64,000 nt of DNA from NCBI GenBank assembly GCA_030324005.1, contig JARDVH010000031.1:4079708-4143707 (forward strand), read 5' to 3'. Every line of letters begins with the position of its first letter. Positions within the stretch are counted from its first letter, which is position 1. Position numbers and translations under genes: made by a program. The stretch comes from Negaprion brevirostris (taxonomy: Eukaryota). Positions 1 to 11,469 of the stretch are shown piece after piece. Below the pieces are notes generated by a model. That model had not been told where the DNA came from. It did no database searches and was given only the letters and a program-made list of their open reading frames with translations.

Positions 1-1424
1 CATGTTTAGAAACAACAGGAAATATTTTTTCCTCCACATTTATTTGTCAATCTACGGTCATGCAAAATGATACAGTTTGGAAGTTTTTCCTATTTGATGC
101 AAATCAAAGTTCTGCTTCTCTTGTACCTTGGCTCGGTTTGGATTGCATCTGCATTCAGAAAGGGGAAGTTAATGGTGTTCTCTGGTACTTGAAGTAAGCA
201 CTGTTTGTTAGGTCTGTTGACTATTGCAATGGCATCAGCCCATTGCTGCCTTTACTTGCACAGTATCACAGATCTGATTCAGAATTGCCAAATAAGGATG
301 ATTACATCCCACCTCCTTTCATTTTCTCCTCCTCACTTCCACGGTACAACATAATGCTTCTGAATACTTTTAAGCTTCAAGTTGGAAAGATAAATTGTGG
401 AGGACTAATAAGAGTGCTTGTTGAAAGGAAATCCCGAGGCATAGTAAGAGGAATTAAGATTTGGCCAATTCTGTTCTGGAAGAAGTTAGCGTGGTGGATT
501 GTGTGATGCTGTGGGAGAGGAAATTGTGATTTATAAGCAGTGGCAGTGAGTTAGTGTCTTCTGGTCGATTAACATGGATTCTAGTGTAAAACAAAAGCTC
601 AATATTATACTTTCCAATTATTAATCACTAACTGGATTTATTTTACATTATGCATTTCCAGTTTGTACTTGGTTGTGTTTAATTGTATTTGTTTTCTACA
701 GCTCAGTTTATGGCAGTTCTGAGTCTGAGTTGTAGTTCCTCACTAGAGGATGTTGAACGCCCAATTTTATAATTTAACAATGAGTACTGGCTGTTTCTGA
801 GTACTTCTTTTTATTTGCGTGCTATTACTGATTAAATTTAACTACAGTATTAGATTGTTGCATCCCATGACCTGGCAGTAATTCTCATGGTAAAGTGATG
901 AGCTTTTACCATCTTTCAATCATCAGATATTTAAAATTCAGGCTTAATGCTACTTGTTCAACATCTCCTAATTTACTTTGTCTTCTCCTTTGCCCATCTG
1001 TCTGCATTTCTGACTAAATCGAGTCAATAAGAAGAACTTGAAGTTGCTAATATGTGTTACTTTTAATCTTTGTTATTGACTGGCCCTTTGCTGTAGCTTC
1101 ATTTTTAAAATAATAGTTCAGCTATTTTTAAGTTTATTGTTGACATAATGTAAGGAATATTGTTTTAATGACATTTGAAGAAAACTCATCCTTTTTGCTT
1201 TTTTTTTTGAAAGTATACAATTTTTAAGTCAATTCCTTTCTGTGTGGATAGATTTTTATCCTTTCAATCCAAACTAAAAATGGGCTATATATGCCCTTCA
1301 AGTCTTAACCATATAGTTGTGTTTAATATGTGGATGATATTTCTTTCCTGTTTTCCCTCTCTAAACTTTGCTTTGGCAAGTGAAGTGGAACAGAAATATT
1401 ATATTGTCTCTTTGTCTTTGTTAG

Positions 1425-1505
1425 ACTCCGGAGCACCAGGCTGTGTTGTTCACCCATGGTGCAGTTCAGAACATTGCCCATCTACTGACTTCATCTTCAT
1501 ACAAA
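1425..1505 (+). CDS. ARMC8: ARMC8 exon ~7 (81 nt) [27 protein letters not shown]
   Basis: ctttgttag| acceptor, |gtaagt donor, phase 0-0; matches human [27 protein letters not shown]. Confidence 0.95.
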
Positions 1506-1799
1506 GTAAGTGCTTGGAAAATTATGTAGAGAAGAAATATTTGGTAAAGGTATTTTAAGTTTGGCCAAGAGCTCTAGAGTAAGAATTTGTGTACTGCACT
1601 CTGTGACAGAAATGTCCAATTTTTTGAAGAACAGTTTTATTTTTGAAAGCAAACATTCTTTTGAATTATCTCTTAATGATCAAAGCTTTTTTTGATGTAT
1701 CTTTGTCTATTACCTGTGCTGTTCAACAGCATTCTAGGAAAATGTCAGACTGTTTCAAATGATGCTAGAGAACCAGCTAGGGGAAGCAGTCAGGATTTT

Positions 1800-2100
1800 A
1801 TACATTTCAAAGAGACTCCCTCTCATTCGAATGAATACAGGTCTAGTTAACCCAATCTCTGCTCGTATGACAATCCTGCCATTCCAGGAATCGGCCTGGT
1901 GAACCTTTGTTGCACTCCCTCTATGGCAAGTATATCCTTTCTTAAGTAAGGAGACCAAAACTACACAGCATACTCCAGATATTGATCCACCAGGACCTTG
2001 TACAGCTGCAGTAAGACACCCTTGCACCTGTACTTAAATCCTCTTGCAATGAAGGCCAGCATATCATGTGCCTTCCCAACTGCTTGCTGCACTAGCATGC
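1800..2100 (-). mobile_element. CR1-type LINE ORF2 3' fragment
   Basis: Minus-strand translation QQAVGKAHDMLAFIARGFKYRCKGVLLQLYKVLVDQYLEYAV is typical CR1 post-RT sequence; frameshifted. Confidence 0.85.
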
Positions 2101-2475
2101 AATGAGCTGAAGTAACAGTGGAGGTGGAAAAAGTCAACTCTTGTGATGCAGGGAATATTGGGTCTGACATTTAGTGCAAGGTTGATCGAATAGGATGTTG
2201 AGGCTGCAAATAGTCTACTCTAACCTACAGTGGCCAATTAGAGGGATTGAGTTGGCAATGACAGCTTCCCAGTGTTAAACTTGATGGAAGTGTCCTTTCT
2301 AAGACTGTATGTTTGGCAAGAGAGATATTGTGAAGTAGCTGGAGAGGCAGAGCTGGGTCCTACCAGCATAAATGTGAAAAGTGAACTTCAAAACTTTTTA
2401 TAGCTTAATCTTAAACTGTCTTAAATGTAAATATATTGATAATTGAAGTATTTATTCAATTTTGTTTCTCAATAG

Positions 2476-2551
2476 GTTCAGATGCAAGCATTAAAATGCT
2501 TTTCAGTCTTGGCTTATGAAAATCCACAAGTTTCTTTGACTCTTGTAAATG
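2476..2551 (+). CDS. ARMC8: ARMC8 exon ~8 (76 nt) VQMQALKCFSVLAYENPQVSLTLVN
   Basis: ttctcaatag| acceptor, |gtgagt donor, phase 0-1. Confidence 0.96.
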
Positions 2552-3155
2552 GTGAGTAGTGTATTTTGTTGAGTTCCTTTGTCTGCTTTTTTTTTATCTG
2601 TTCTATATCTTTTCCAGAAGCATGACTTGTTACATGTTGCATAACTGGAATTTATATGGAATCAAGTGTGTAAGTTGAACCTTACTTGTGTTTTTATAGA
2701 GCTATAACCATGGTACCTAGCATTTTAGTAGAATATTTTTCATGGGGCTATTCAGTCAGGTACTAGCCTGATGTCTTAAGTAGGTTTGTTCTTACAAATT
2801 TTGATAAACCAATTTTACAAAAGAAGTTTAAAATCAATTCAGTCTGCTTTCCCTCTACATGAACATTCTTTGTCTGAAGTAATGTTTATTTTGGTGATCA
2901 GAGGCACCCTCTGCTGTTCTAGGCCTGTGATTGCAATAATGTTGCTATTCTATCCTTTTTAGGATTCAAAGCCACGGGTGATTTTCATATTAGTATTTGA
3001 TTAGCTGATATTTGTTTATTTTTGTTTAAGTATGATTAATCCAACATTTGCTGTTTCTGTCAGTGAAGTAAAAGCTGCTACAGAACCAATGCAAACATCC
3101 TCTGTCAAAGGTTTTGCTTGCAACTTCTCCAATGATTCATATTTTTCTGTTTTAG

Positions 3156-3246
3156 TGTTGGTGGATGGTGAGTTATTACCCCAAGTGTTTGTGAAGATGA
3201 TGCAGAGGGATAAACCTATTGAAATGCAGCTGACATCTGCAAAATG
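3156..3246 (+). CDS. ARMC8: ARMC8 exon ~9 (91 nt) [30 protein letters not shown]
   Basis: ctgttttag| acceptor, |gtacct donor, phase 1-2; inside ORF 3032..3319. Confidence 0.96.
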
Positions 3247-3511
3247 GTACCTATTCATTTTTTTCATTACTGACATTTTGTTAAAGGTGCATATCTTGCC
3301 ATTTAAACTAAATAGGTAAATTGCTTCCACAACTTTAGATCACAGCTGTTCCAAACATTATGGTTTATGGTATAATAATTGAGGATATTTGCTTTGTTCT
3401 TAATATGTCAGCAGAGTTTATTGTCTACTCGATATAATTAACGAACACAAAATAAATGCTGAACATTCCAATTATTTCTGTAAGTTACATTACAATTTTA
3501 TTATTTTACAG

Positions 3512-3572
3512 TTTGACTTACATGTGCAGGGCTGGTGCAATCCGGACAGATGATAACAGTATAGTTTTAAAG
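3512..3572 (+). CDS. ARMC8: ARMC8 exon ~10 (61 nt) CLTYMCRAGAIRTDDNSIVLK
   Basis: ttttacag| acceptor, |gttggt donor, phase 2-0. Confidence 0.96.
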
Positions 3573-3607
3573 GTTGGTATGAGGTTTCAACAGTATAATC
3601 AACCTGT

Positions 3608-3638
3608 TTCTCTCTCTCTCTCTCTCTCTCCCTCTCCC

Positions 3639-3669
<31 letters not shown>

Positions 3670-3695
3670 CCCCCTCTCTCTCTCTTTCCCTCCCC
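3608..3695. repeat. (CT)n / (CTCTCC)n microsatellite
   Basis: ~85 nt pure pyrimidine tract starting ~35 nt after the exon-10 donor. Confidence 0.95.
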
Positions 3696-4162
3696 CACCC
3701 TCCCTTCAATATCTCAGCTGTAGTCAGAACTGAGGTATTGTACAAGAAAAACATTTTTCTTCAGTGTGACGAAAAATCCGAGTATCCACATTGGGGAAAG
3801 AAGTGATGAATAGAAATCACTTGATTCCTATTGAGAAAATTCTGTTAAAGTAAGGCTGCTTCAAGATGTCCCATCTTGTTTCAGAATCCAGGATGATGTT
3901 GTTCCATGTTTTCTTGCTGTTTTTCTTCTTCACAGTAATATTAGGCAAGTTAAGCTGTAGTGTTGAGTCAGTTATTCTTTGTCTTGCTTAAGAACAATTT
4001 GGGTCTGAAGCCAGCACCAGGGATTGCAGTTGGAGGAGGGTTTCAGCAGAATGCATCCATGGGTGCAAATAAATGCACTCATATTTCATAAGCTACTACC
4101 ATTCAGTAAACAGTTTTTGCTTTTTATCTTTCCGTTTTAGCAAACAAACTCTTCAAGTTCAC

Positions 4163-5106
4163 AGGGGCGTTTCTCCCAATCGCTTTTTCCACCCTCCGCC
4201 AGGAGTGGTTCACTCCACTGGGGTTTACAATAGCTCCCCACCAATAGGGAAATAGTGGCTGACCCTGCAGCAGTAAAGGGAGGTCATGGAGGAACGTGCC
4301 CCCCCAGGAGGTCAGGGGAGAGAGGCAGTGCCCGCTGGGCTTTGCCAGTCTGGCTCACTGGCACTGCCCAGGGGGTAAAGTGGCAATTTCCAAGGGGCAC
4401 CTTTGCACTGCCTGCAGGGCATCAGGCAGTGCCAAGGATGTGGGGCCCATGGAGCAGGGCCTGTTGGGGGAAATCAATACCACTCTGCAATTAAGATCAG
4501 TAAAAAGTCTGACAACACCAGGTTTAAGTCCAACCGATTTATTTGATAGTACAATATGANNNNNNNNNNNNNNNNNNNNNNNNNNNNNNNNNNNNNNNNN
4601 NNNNNNNNNNNNNNNNNNNNNNNNNNNNNNNNNNNNNNNNNNNNNNNNNNNNNNNNNNNCTATCAAATAAATCAGTTGGACTTAAACCTGGTGTTGTCAG
4701 ACTTTTTACTGTGTTTACCCCAGTCCAACGCCGGCACATCCACATCATTAAGATCAGTAGCAGAGGAAGGGAGGACAGTGATTACGGTTGGCCCAGACAC
4801 ACATGGGAGGCCAGTGATTGGGAGGTGGAGGGTGTCAGAGATGCAGCGATTGGGAGGTTGGCAGTACGGGGCTACTGCGCATGCTCCAATTTCTGCCCTG
4901 ACAGATTGGCGCATGTACAGAGGCCCACTCAGTGCAATGCTGTCAGCTTCCCTCACAGGAATAGTCCCCCCCACCCCGGATTTTTATCGTGATTCACGCT
5001 GAGGCACTGTGCAGTACTCGGTGTCAGAGATTCATTTTGCAAATGAGTTACTCCGGTTTTTATACAAATTAAGCACTTTGATGTTTTTTGGGAGAATCCC
5101 GGCCCC
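4163..5106. mobile_element. GC-rich non-autonomous DNA-transposon-like element with terminal inverted repeats, interrupted by a nested insertion
   Basis: Left end ggggcgtttctccca is approximately the reverse complement of right end tgggagaatcccggcccc; abrupt GC/CpG enrichment between them. Confidence 0.6.
4498..4746. mobile_element. Penelope-type shark repeat with inverted ends, nested in the TIR element
   Basis: 52-bp inverted repeat (4498-4549 vs 4660-4711, one mismatch) around a 100-N gap, tail ccccagtccaacgccggcacatccacatca, flanked by a 13-bp direct repeat attaagatcagta; family name from recollection. Confidence 0.65.
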
Positions 5107-6877
5107 CATGTATATGCCATGTACATGAATATGCCCAGTGGAGTTACTATTACTCGTTTTTATTTACTAATCAGAAAAACAATTGACCATTTCTGGAATT
5201 GCAATTAGCCGCAGTGTGGCTTGGAGCCTAATGTACCTATTAAAGGTAAATTAGGTACCTCCTGTACCTAATAAAGAAAAATACACTGCCTCAGCATGCA
5301 ATTCCTGTTTTTTTTGCTTTCCTTTTATAAATTTAAGTCTGTGTTTTTACTGGAATCCATATTCCAATTATGATGTGAATGCAGAGCCTCTGACAGGAAT
5401 GAAGGTGGCGACCGTTATGGAATGATCAGTATCTGTCTTTTAATGGTACATCTTCATTCTATCACTGGAGACCCTCTGGCTTGCACGGTTTGCCCCAGAG
5501 ATTTTGCTTGGAGGATCAAGTGTTTGTGAATTCTGTTTTGTTCAGCAACAATGTGTGATCTTATCCGTGGCTCACATGTCTGTGTTTGCTTTGGTCACTT
5601 CTCCAGGCAATGGGGACCCTTTTGCATATGTCTTGTGTCAATTGCCTAAGGAAGTTGTATTTAGCCACTTGCAAATAGAGTATGAAACAAGACCATTAGT
5701 TCTTTACAACCTCTAGAACCATATACGCAGTCTGGAAAGACTTCTGCAGATGTCAGATACAGAACAATAATGCAGTTTAAATACTGCTGAGGAATATGGA
5801 CACTAGGCTTATTCCATTGTACCTTTTCTTACGAGTCAAAGAATAGCTACTAAAAATATGTAATAAGTACAGGGCAGTATGGTCTAGTGCACAAACCACT
5901 GGAATTGAGAACTGTGGTTGGCGATCACCTTGTAAGTTTGGTCATGTGATATTGTAACCACAGTGATCCCTGAGCAGGTGACACCTGCATGTGTTGTTGC
6001 TTTTCTATCCCTGCTTCTGTGCACTTTGGTTTGGCCTCAACTTCTTTGTAAAGGTGAACGCTCTGAATTGGGGACCTCAGTCATAGCTGATCAGTACTTG
6101 AATGTCACGTGCATAAACTGTCAGGTTGGACCAAACAAATTGAGTGATTGGGGAGATTGTTTGGAGCAATCGTTTGGACGCTTCTCAAAGGCAAATCATC
6201 CCAAACTTTGCTCTGCACCAGTTTTGTTTTTGAAGCAGTTCCGAGATTTTTCATACAGTGATGAAAATTACATTTCATGGGGCCACTTGGCATCTTTTGC
6301 CAGTGTTTGTTTTTGCTCCTGTAACCCATCCCCTTCAGATTTTTTTACATTTTTAAAATATTTGTTCCACTTCAAAGGGTGATCTAGTCTCTACCTTGAT
6401 GGTCACTCAAGTGCATTGTGTGGTTCAAATTGTTCGCCATTCAAGAATCCTCCTCCCATTCCCCTTGTTTCCTCCAACTTTCCCCTCTTTTCCGAACCTA
6501 TTTTCTCCTCAGCCCTCAGTTCACACACTCCTCCTCCACTGTCTTTTGCCTCCTTCCAGTGGACATTTGGGAAGGTTGGAAACGCTTCAAGTCACCAGTC
6601 TCCTTTTTTAGTATCTAGTGAAGTGATTTAATTAAAAATACAGATCATGTTTGTGTGAGGAATACACATGTTTGAAAAAGAAAATTGCGTTTCAGCCTTA
6701 CCAGACAATGGACTGGACCTTGCTGGAAAACTAATGGTGTACAGTAAATGATGTACACCATAAAGTACAAATTAAGCAGCATGTTCTGGGATCTTGCTGA
6801 TCATTTTATGCTAGTTCACTGTTTGCTTTGCACAAACATTTTTTTTGAAAAACCTGCAGGTCTTCACATTTGTTCAC

Positions 6878-7205
6878 TTTTTTTCTTTCATGGGATGCGG
6901 GCATAACTGGCAAGGCCAGCATTTGTTACCTATCCCTAATTGTCTTTGAAACAGGGTGGCTTGTTGGCCATTGCAGAGGGCAGTTAAGGGCCAATCACAT
7001 TACTGAGTCACATAGGCAGGACCAGATGAGATGGCAGATTGCCTTCCTTGAAGGACATTAGTGAATCAGGTTTTTTTTAATTTGACAGTGAATGGTAGTT
7101 TTGTGATCATCATTACTGAGGCTGGTTTTATATTCTAGATTAACTGAATTGAAATTCCACCAGCTGTCATCGTGGGATTACTAGTCCATGACATTACCAC
7201 TCCAT
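6878..7205 (-). mobile_element. SINE with LINE-derived 3' tail (gggcaataaatgctggcc...catcccatgaa family)
   Basis: Same tail motif recurs at ~10915, 20860, 25590, 27200, 33780, 36555 and 37785. Confidence 0.75.
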
Positions 7206-7859
7206 CTCCCCTTGTTAAACTTGTGCAGAAAGATTTTGAGTGCAAAACCTCTTTTACAAGAGTAATAATTGTTAATACAATTCTAATCAATCTTTCTGAC
7301 ACAGAATTGAAATATTTTAAATTATTCAATTTCTTTTTTGCATCTCGTTGAATGTTAAAGATTTTGAAAATTATTTCAGTTGTTTGGGACTCCTTTCTCA
7401 TTTCCTTCAATTCCTTTTTTTAGTCTTTTGTGACCTTGATTTATTTTTCTCCATCTGGTTTTGATTCTTAATTCATCCTCCTTTATTGTACCTTTTTCTT
7501 TCTCAATCGTTAAGTTAGCAAGATGGACAGTTGGCCCCAGTGTTAACTGTAGTCCCGGATACACCTTGGCAAATGCCACACCGTTAAAAGGTCACATTTC
7601 CAGCAAGCTGCATTGCAGAAGGGTTTAGTTAATGGGGCACAGCGTGAGATGTCATGCTTCAGCATGATCTGGCCTATTTTGCGGTCAGGCTGTTTCCCTT
7701 GTCAAATTGTCCACAGAAGTCAACTAACATGTACTATGTGACATTTTTTATTGTGTCATTTTACTCCCCTGTAAAACATTATCTATGTTCAGTTGGTCAT
7801 GTTATACAACTTTGTGGGTCTAACTAATGGAAAGTAAAATACAGTTTGAAGGAGGCCTA

Positions 7860-8006
7860 TTTTTAGTGAGCTGCTTTGTCATCATGTAAATGAAGACCTG
7901 ATAGACAGTGGATCACAACTGCAGTTCACAAGTCACTCGAACTGCAGCTGTGATCCACTGTCTATTTGGTCTTCGTTCACACGATGACAAAACAGCACAC
8001 TAAAAA
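7860..8006. repeat. Long imperfect palindrome (68-bp arms, 11-nt loop), MITE-like
   Basis: 7860-7927 is the reverse complement of 7939-8006 with about 8 mismatches. Confidence 0.92.
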
Positions 8007-8121
8007 ATCTAACCCTGAAAAGTCCTAAATAGGTGTTCAATTGGGTTTCCCAAGAATTGTCACTGATTTGTATGTATTGCAAATATCCTGGTTAACCTTA
8101 GCAAAACCTTTCTCTGTTTAG

Positions 8122-8322
8122 ACACTCCCGTGCCTCGTTAGGATGTGCAGTAAAGAGAGGCTGCTGGAGGAACGGGTGGAAGGTGCTGAAACCTTGGCAT
8201 ATCTGATAGAACCTGATGTTGAGTTGCAGAGGATTGCCAGCATCACAGATCATCTTATTGCAATGCTCGCTGACTACTTTAAATATCCAAGTTCTGTCAG
8301 TGCAATCACAGATATCAAAAGA
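8122..8322 (+). CDS. ARMC8: ARMC8 exon ~11 (201 nt) [67 protein letters not shown]
   Basis: ctctgtttag| acceptor, |gtaagt donor, phase 0-0; peptide matches human as recalled. Confidence 0.98.
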
Positions 8323-9140
8323 GTAAGTTTCTTAACTTGACTAGGGGATTTTCACAGTAACTTTAATGAACTTTTGTAAATTTATTAACGTTTTTGGTAA
8401 TGTTCAGTATAATGAAGTAGATAAATAGTTGCAGTATTAATCTTGATGAGATCCATAATAAAACCAGCCATGTTCAAGATTTTAATCTAAACAGTTGCAC
8501 GGTAGTAAATTTAATGTCCCCTAGCATTTCATATTTCTGTTGCTTTTGTGTTACTCTTACTAACAAAGATCAGCCACAGAGCAGTGACCTGCAATTTAAT
8601 TGCTGCCTTCAAGTCAACATCACATCAGTGGGATATAGACATTGGTTTTTTCCACTATCTCCAGGAGATGGAGCCCTCACTTCAAAAAAAAATCTACCCC
8701 TTAGTTATTATTGATAACCTTCAATAAATCTTCAGCAAAAACAGCTGTTTGAATTACTTGTGCCTTGCAGAGATGGAACATAATATTTTAGTGTTACATT
8801 CCAAAGCTGGCGTTTATTTTCTGCAATTATTCTGCACTATTGTTACGTGCAATGTCAGCAAAAGATCTGATTTTGCCAGTAATATTTAGTCTTATTGTAG
8901 CTGTGATTTAGAAGTCTAAATTGGAAATCTTTTATTTATGACGGTCCTCTTAAGGCAGTTATTAAAAATGGATAATTGCTAAAGAATTGTTTGATATTTT
9001 AAAAATAATTTTAATACATGGATGCAATAATATTGTTTGAATGTTAATTCAAGTTTGTGTCCTGCTATCTGTTTTATTGATTGATTATTGCAACTGCTAC
9101 AAAAGTACTTCAATTTTTTGTCTTTCCTAATATTCTTCAG

Positions 9141-9236
9141 CTTGACCACGACCTCAAACATGCTCATGAACTTCGCCAAGCTGCATTCAAGTTGTATGCC
9201 TCCCTTGGAGCAAATGATGAAGACATCCGGAAGAAG
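9141..9236 (+). CDS. ARMC8: ARMC8 exon ~12 (96 nt) [32 protein letters not shown]
   Basis: ttcttcag| acceptor, AAG|gtgagt donor, phase 0-0. Confidence 0.98.
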
Positions 9237-9302
9237 GTGAGTCTGGGAGAGGGGCGTCCCCCGGTCCTGGCAACCAACAGGCAGGGAGTGACGTCAACCT
9301 GA
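9237..9302 (+). CDS. ARMC8: ARMC8-beta isoform C-terminal extension (intron read-through) [21 protein letters not shown]
   Basis: In-frame continuation past the donor to TGA at 9300-9302; closely matches the human short-isoform tail (recalled as [21 protein letters not shown]); GC/CpG-rich relative to the surrounding intron. Confidence 0.88.
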   Translation: MSLGEGRPPVLATNRQGVTST

Positions 9303-9696
9303 GAACAAGGTGAAGAGAATTAACAGTGACTTTACGAAAGAGCATAATCAGATCTGAAGAATGAATGGGATTGACACTCATTTGTCTAGAGAAATGAGTT
9401 GTGACGTGTTCATGTTGGAATGACAAGTACTGGTGTTTCCTGTGTTGAACCTGCACCGGATCCTTAAATTACATTCTTTGCATGAGTTCGTAACAGTAGT
9501 AACAAAATAAGCACTGTGAAGTGTAGTGTATAGTACTGACTCACATAATGCAGTAGTACTGTAATGCCAGTTATATAAATGCTTGCCTACCTATCTGCTG
9601 CAAACCGGAAGTACTCAGCTTCTGTTTCTGTATCACTTTTAATTTGTGGCCTGCTGATGTGTTCATTTGTGTTGCTGATGTGCAAGTTTAATTGTA

Positions 9697-9702
9697 AATA
9701 AA
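9697..9702 (+). terminator. Candidate intronic polyadenylation signal AATAAA for ARMC8-beta
   Basis: First AATAAA after the beta stop (~395 nt downstream), followed by CA dinucleotides and a GT/T-rich tract (ggtagcttgttttct). Confidence 0.65.
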
Positions 9703-10909
9703 GCTTTGTGCAATGACATTGCTGGTAGCTTGTTTTCTGAATCTACAGTAAAGCAAAACACTGTTTCCAGATAACTTGAATAATGGCATTTAAAATGTAG
9801 TTGAATTTTTAATCCTTACACAGTGAGTGATAAGCCCAGAATGGCATCTTACCGTATCTCAAATAAGGGAGAACCGTGTTGTGATGCACATGTACCCATC
9901 AAGACTGAGAGCCACTAATGCTGGAAAATATGCATGCTTCCATATTGTCTGGAAATGTGATTGAAATGCCAACTTAAGAGTGTCCTTTTCCTGAACAATG
10001 TGGTGTAATCAGTCTCATTTATTTCCTGTATTCTTTGTGAGCAAGATTGTCAAATTTAACAAAGTAATGCTTTGGACTTTGAAAAGAGTCTGCTCACATT
10101 AATTTCCCCCTCCAGCAGTTGTCATCTTTGAATTAGAGTGAGGTCCTAGTATCTCACTGATTTGTTTAAAATCATTTCAGTTTTTTTAAATTTCAGGTTC
10201 AAAATACAGGAAATGGCATTTTGACCTTTTTTGTTCACAAATTGCAACTTTGCAGTCATCTGTTTCTAACAAAAATGAGTTGCCTACAGGAATAATAAAT
10301 TAGGATGAGCAAATCGTAGATATATCAGAATCGGATCTTGGAGGTGAACAGACCTAATGCTAAACATGTAGACCCCCAATCTGTTGTTCTGTGAGTCTCC
10401 ATTGTGCTTTTTCTGTGCTGGTTATGTTTGGTACAGAGAGAGTAATATTTAAGTATTGGTCAGGGCACCTGAAATGCCTTATTTATATAAAGTGACTTTC
10501 ATTGTGAGCAGTTACTACAAGTGTGTTTTTCAGCACCTTTGGGCAGAATTTGAGGATGCTAAAGTTAATTGAGAGGTAGGTGGGAGAAAGTGAAGAACAT
10601 CCTTTTAAACAATTTTGAGATTAAAAAGCACCTATTGCACTAGAAGCTTTTGCGCAGTTGTAGTGAAATCATTTTTATACCTTGGTTGTTTTTGTAGTAT
10701 TGGTGTAAAAGTATTTTAAGTTAACTTAATTAACTCAAATTATAGACTCAATGCTCAGGAAAAGGCTCTTTGCCCCACTTTACTTGCGCTGTCTCTACGT
10801 CTCCAGGTCTTGCTGTTCCTACATCCACTTTCAAATTTTACTGTTATATTGTCACCTCATTCGTCCTGCTAAAGTGAATTATTTCACACTTCTGTGTTAA
10901 TTTTTAAAA

Positions 10910-11460
10910 ATACTTGTTCATGGAATGTGAGCATTGCTAGCTAGGCCAGCATTTGTTGCCCATTGTTAACTGCCCTTAAGAAGGTGATGGTGAGCCACTT
11001 TCTTGAACATTGCAATCCTTATGGTGTGAATGCACTTAGTGGGGAGCTCAAAGTTTTTGACCCNNNNNNNNNNAGTGAAGGAATATGCTGATATGGTTCT
11101 GTAAAGATGATGTATGGATAGGAGGAAAACTTGCAAGTAGTGGTGATTGTATGCATTTGCTTCACTTGTGGTATGTGGTAGAAGTTTGAAAGGTGCTGTC
11201 AGAGGAGCTTTGGTGAGTCATTGCAGTGTATATCTTGTCTATGGCACACACTCCTGCAACTGTATGCCAATATTGCTGGGAGTGAATGTTTTAAGGTGGT
11301 GGCTGGGTCAAGCAGGTTGCTTTGTCCTGGGTAGTGTCAAGTTCTTTGAGTGTTGCTGGAGCTGTGCTTCTCTATTCCATCACAGTCTTGACTTATGTCT
11401 TGTAGATGGTGAACAGGTGGGAAGTTGAGGTGAGTTGCATTTGCCCAGTTCACCAGCCTG
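10910..11460 (-). mobile_element. LINE 3' end fragment (CR1/L2 group)
   Basis: Colinear similarity with the longer copy at 33745-34990. Confidence 0.75.
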
Positions 11461-11469
11461 TGTTCTCCA

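Noticed and set aside
701-775. Acceptor-like ttttctacag followed by AQFMAVLSLS, loosely like the upstream ARMC8 exon (PHLMALLSRS)
   Set aside because: Similarity is short, the frame does not fit the acceptor, and there is no YICQIFSHCCK or donor; the real exon lies upstream of the window.
3456-3806. ORF with Ser/Leu/Pro-rich extension after exon 10
   Set aside because: It is read-through into a (CT)n microsatellite, with no similarity to a known isoform.
5963-6382. 139-aa ORF and other 60-155 aa intronic or intergenic ORFs (e.g. 56701-57123, 62403-62870)
   Set aside because: No recognisable domains, many have non-ATG starts, and such lengths are expected by chance or from decayed repeats.
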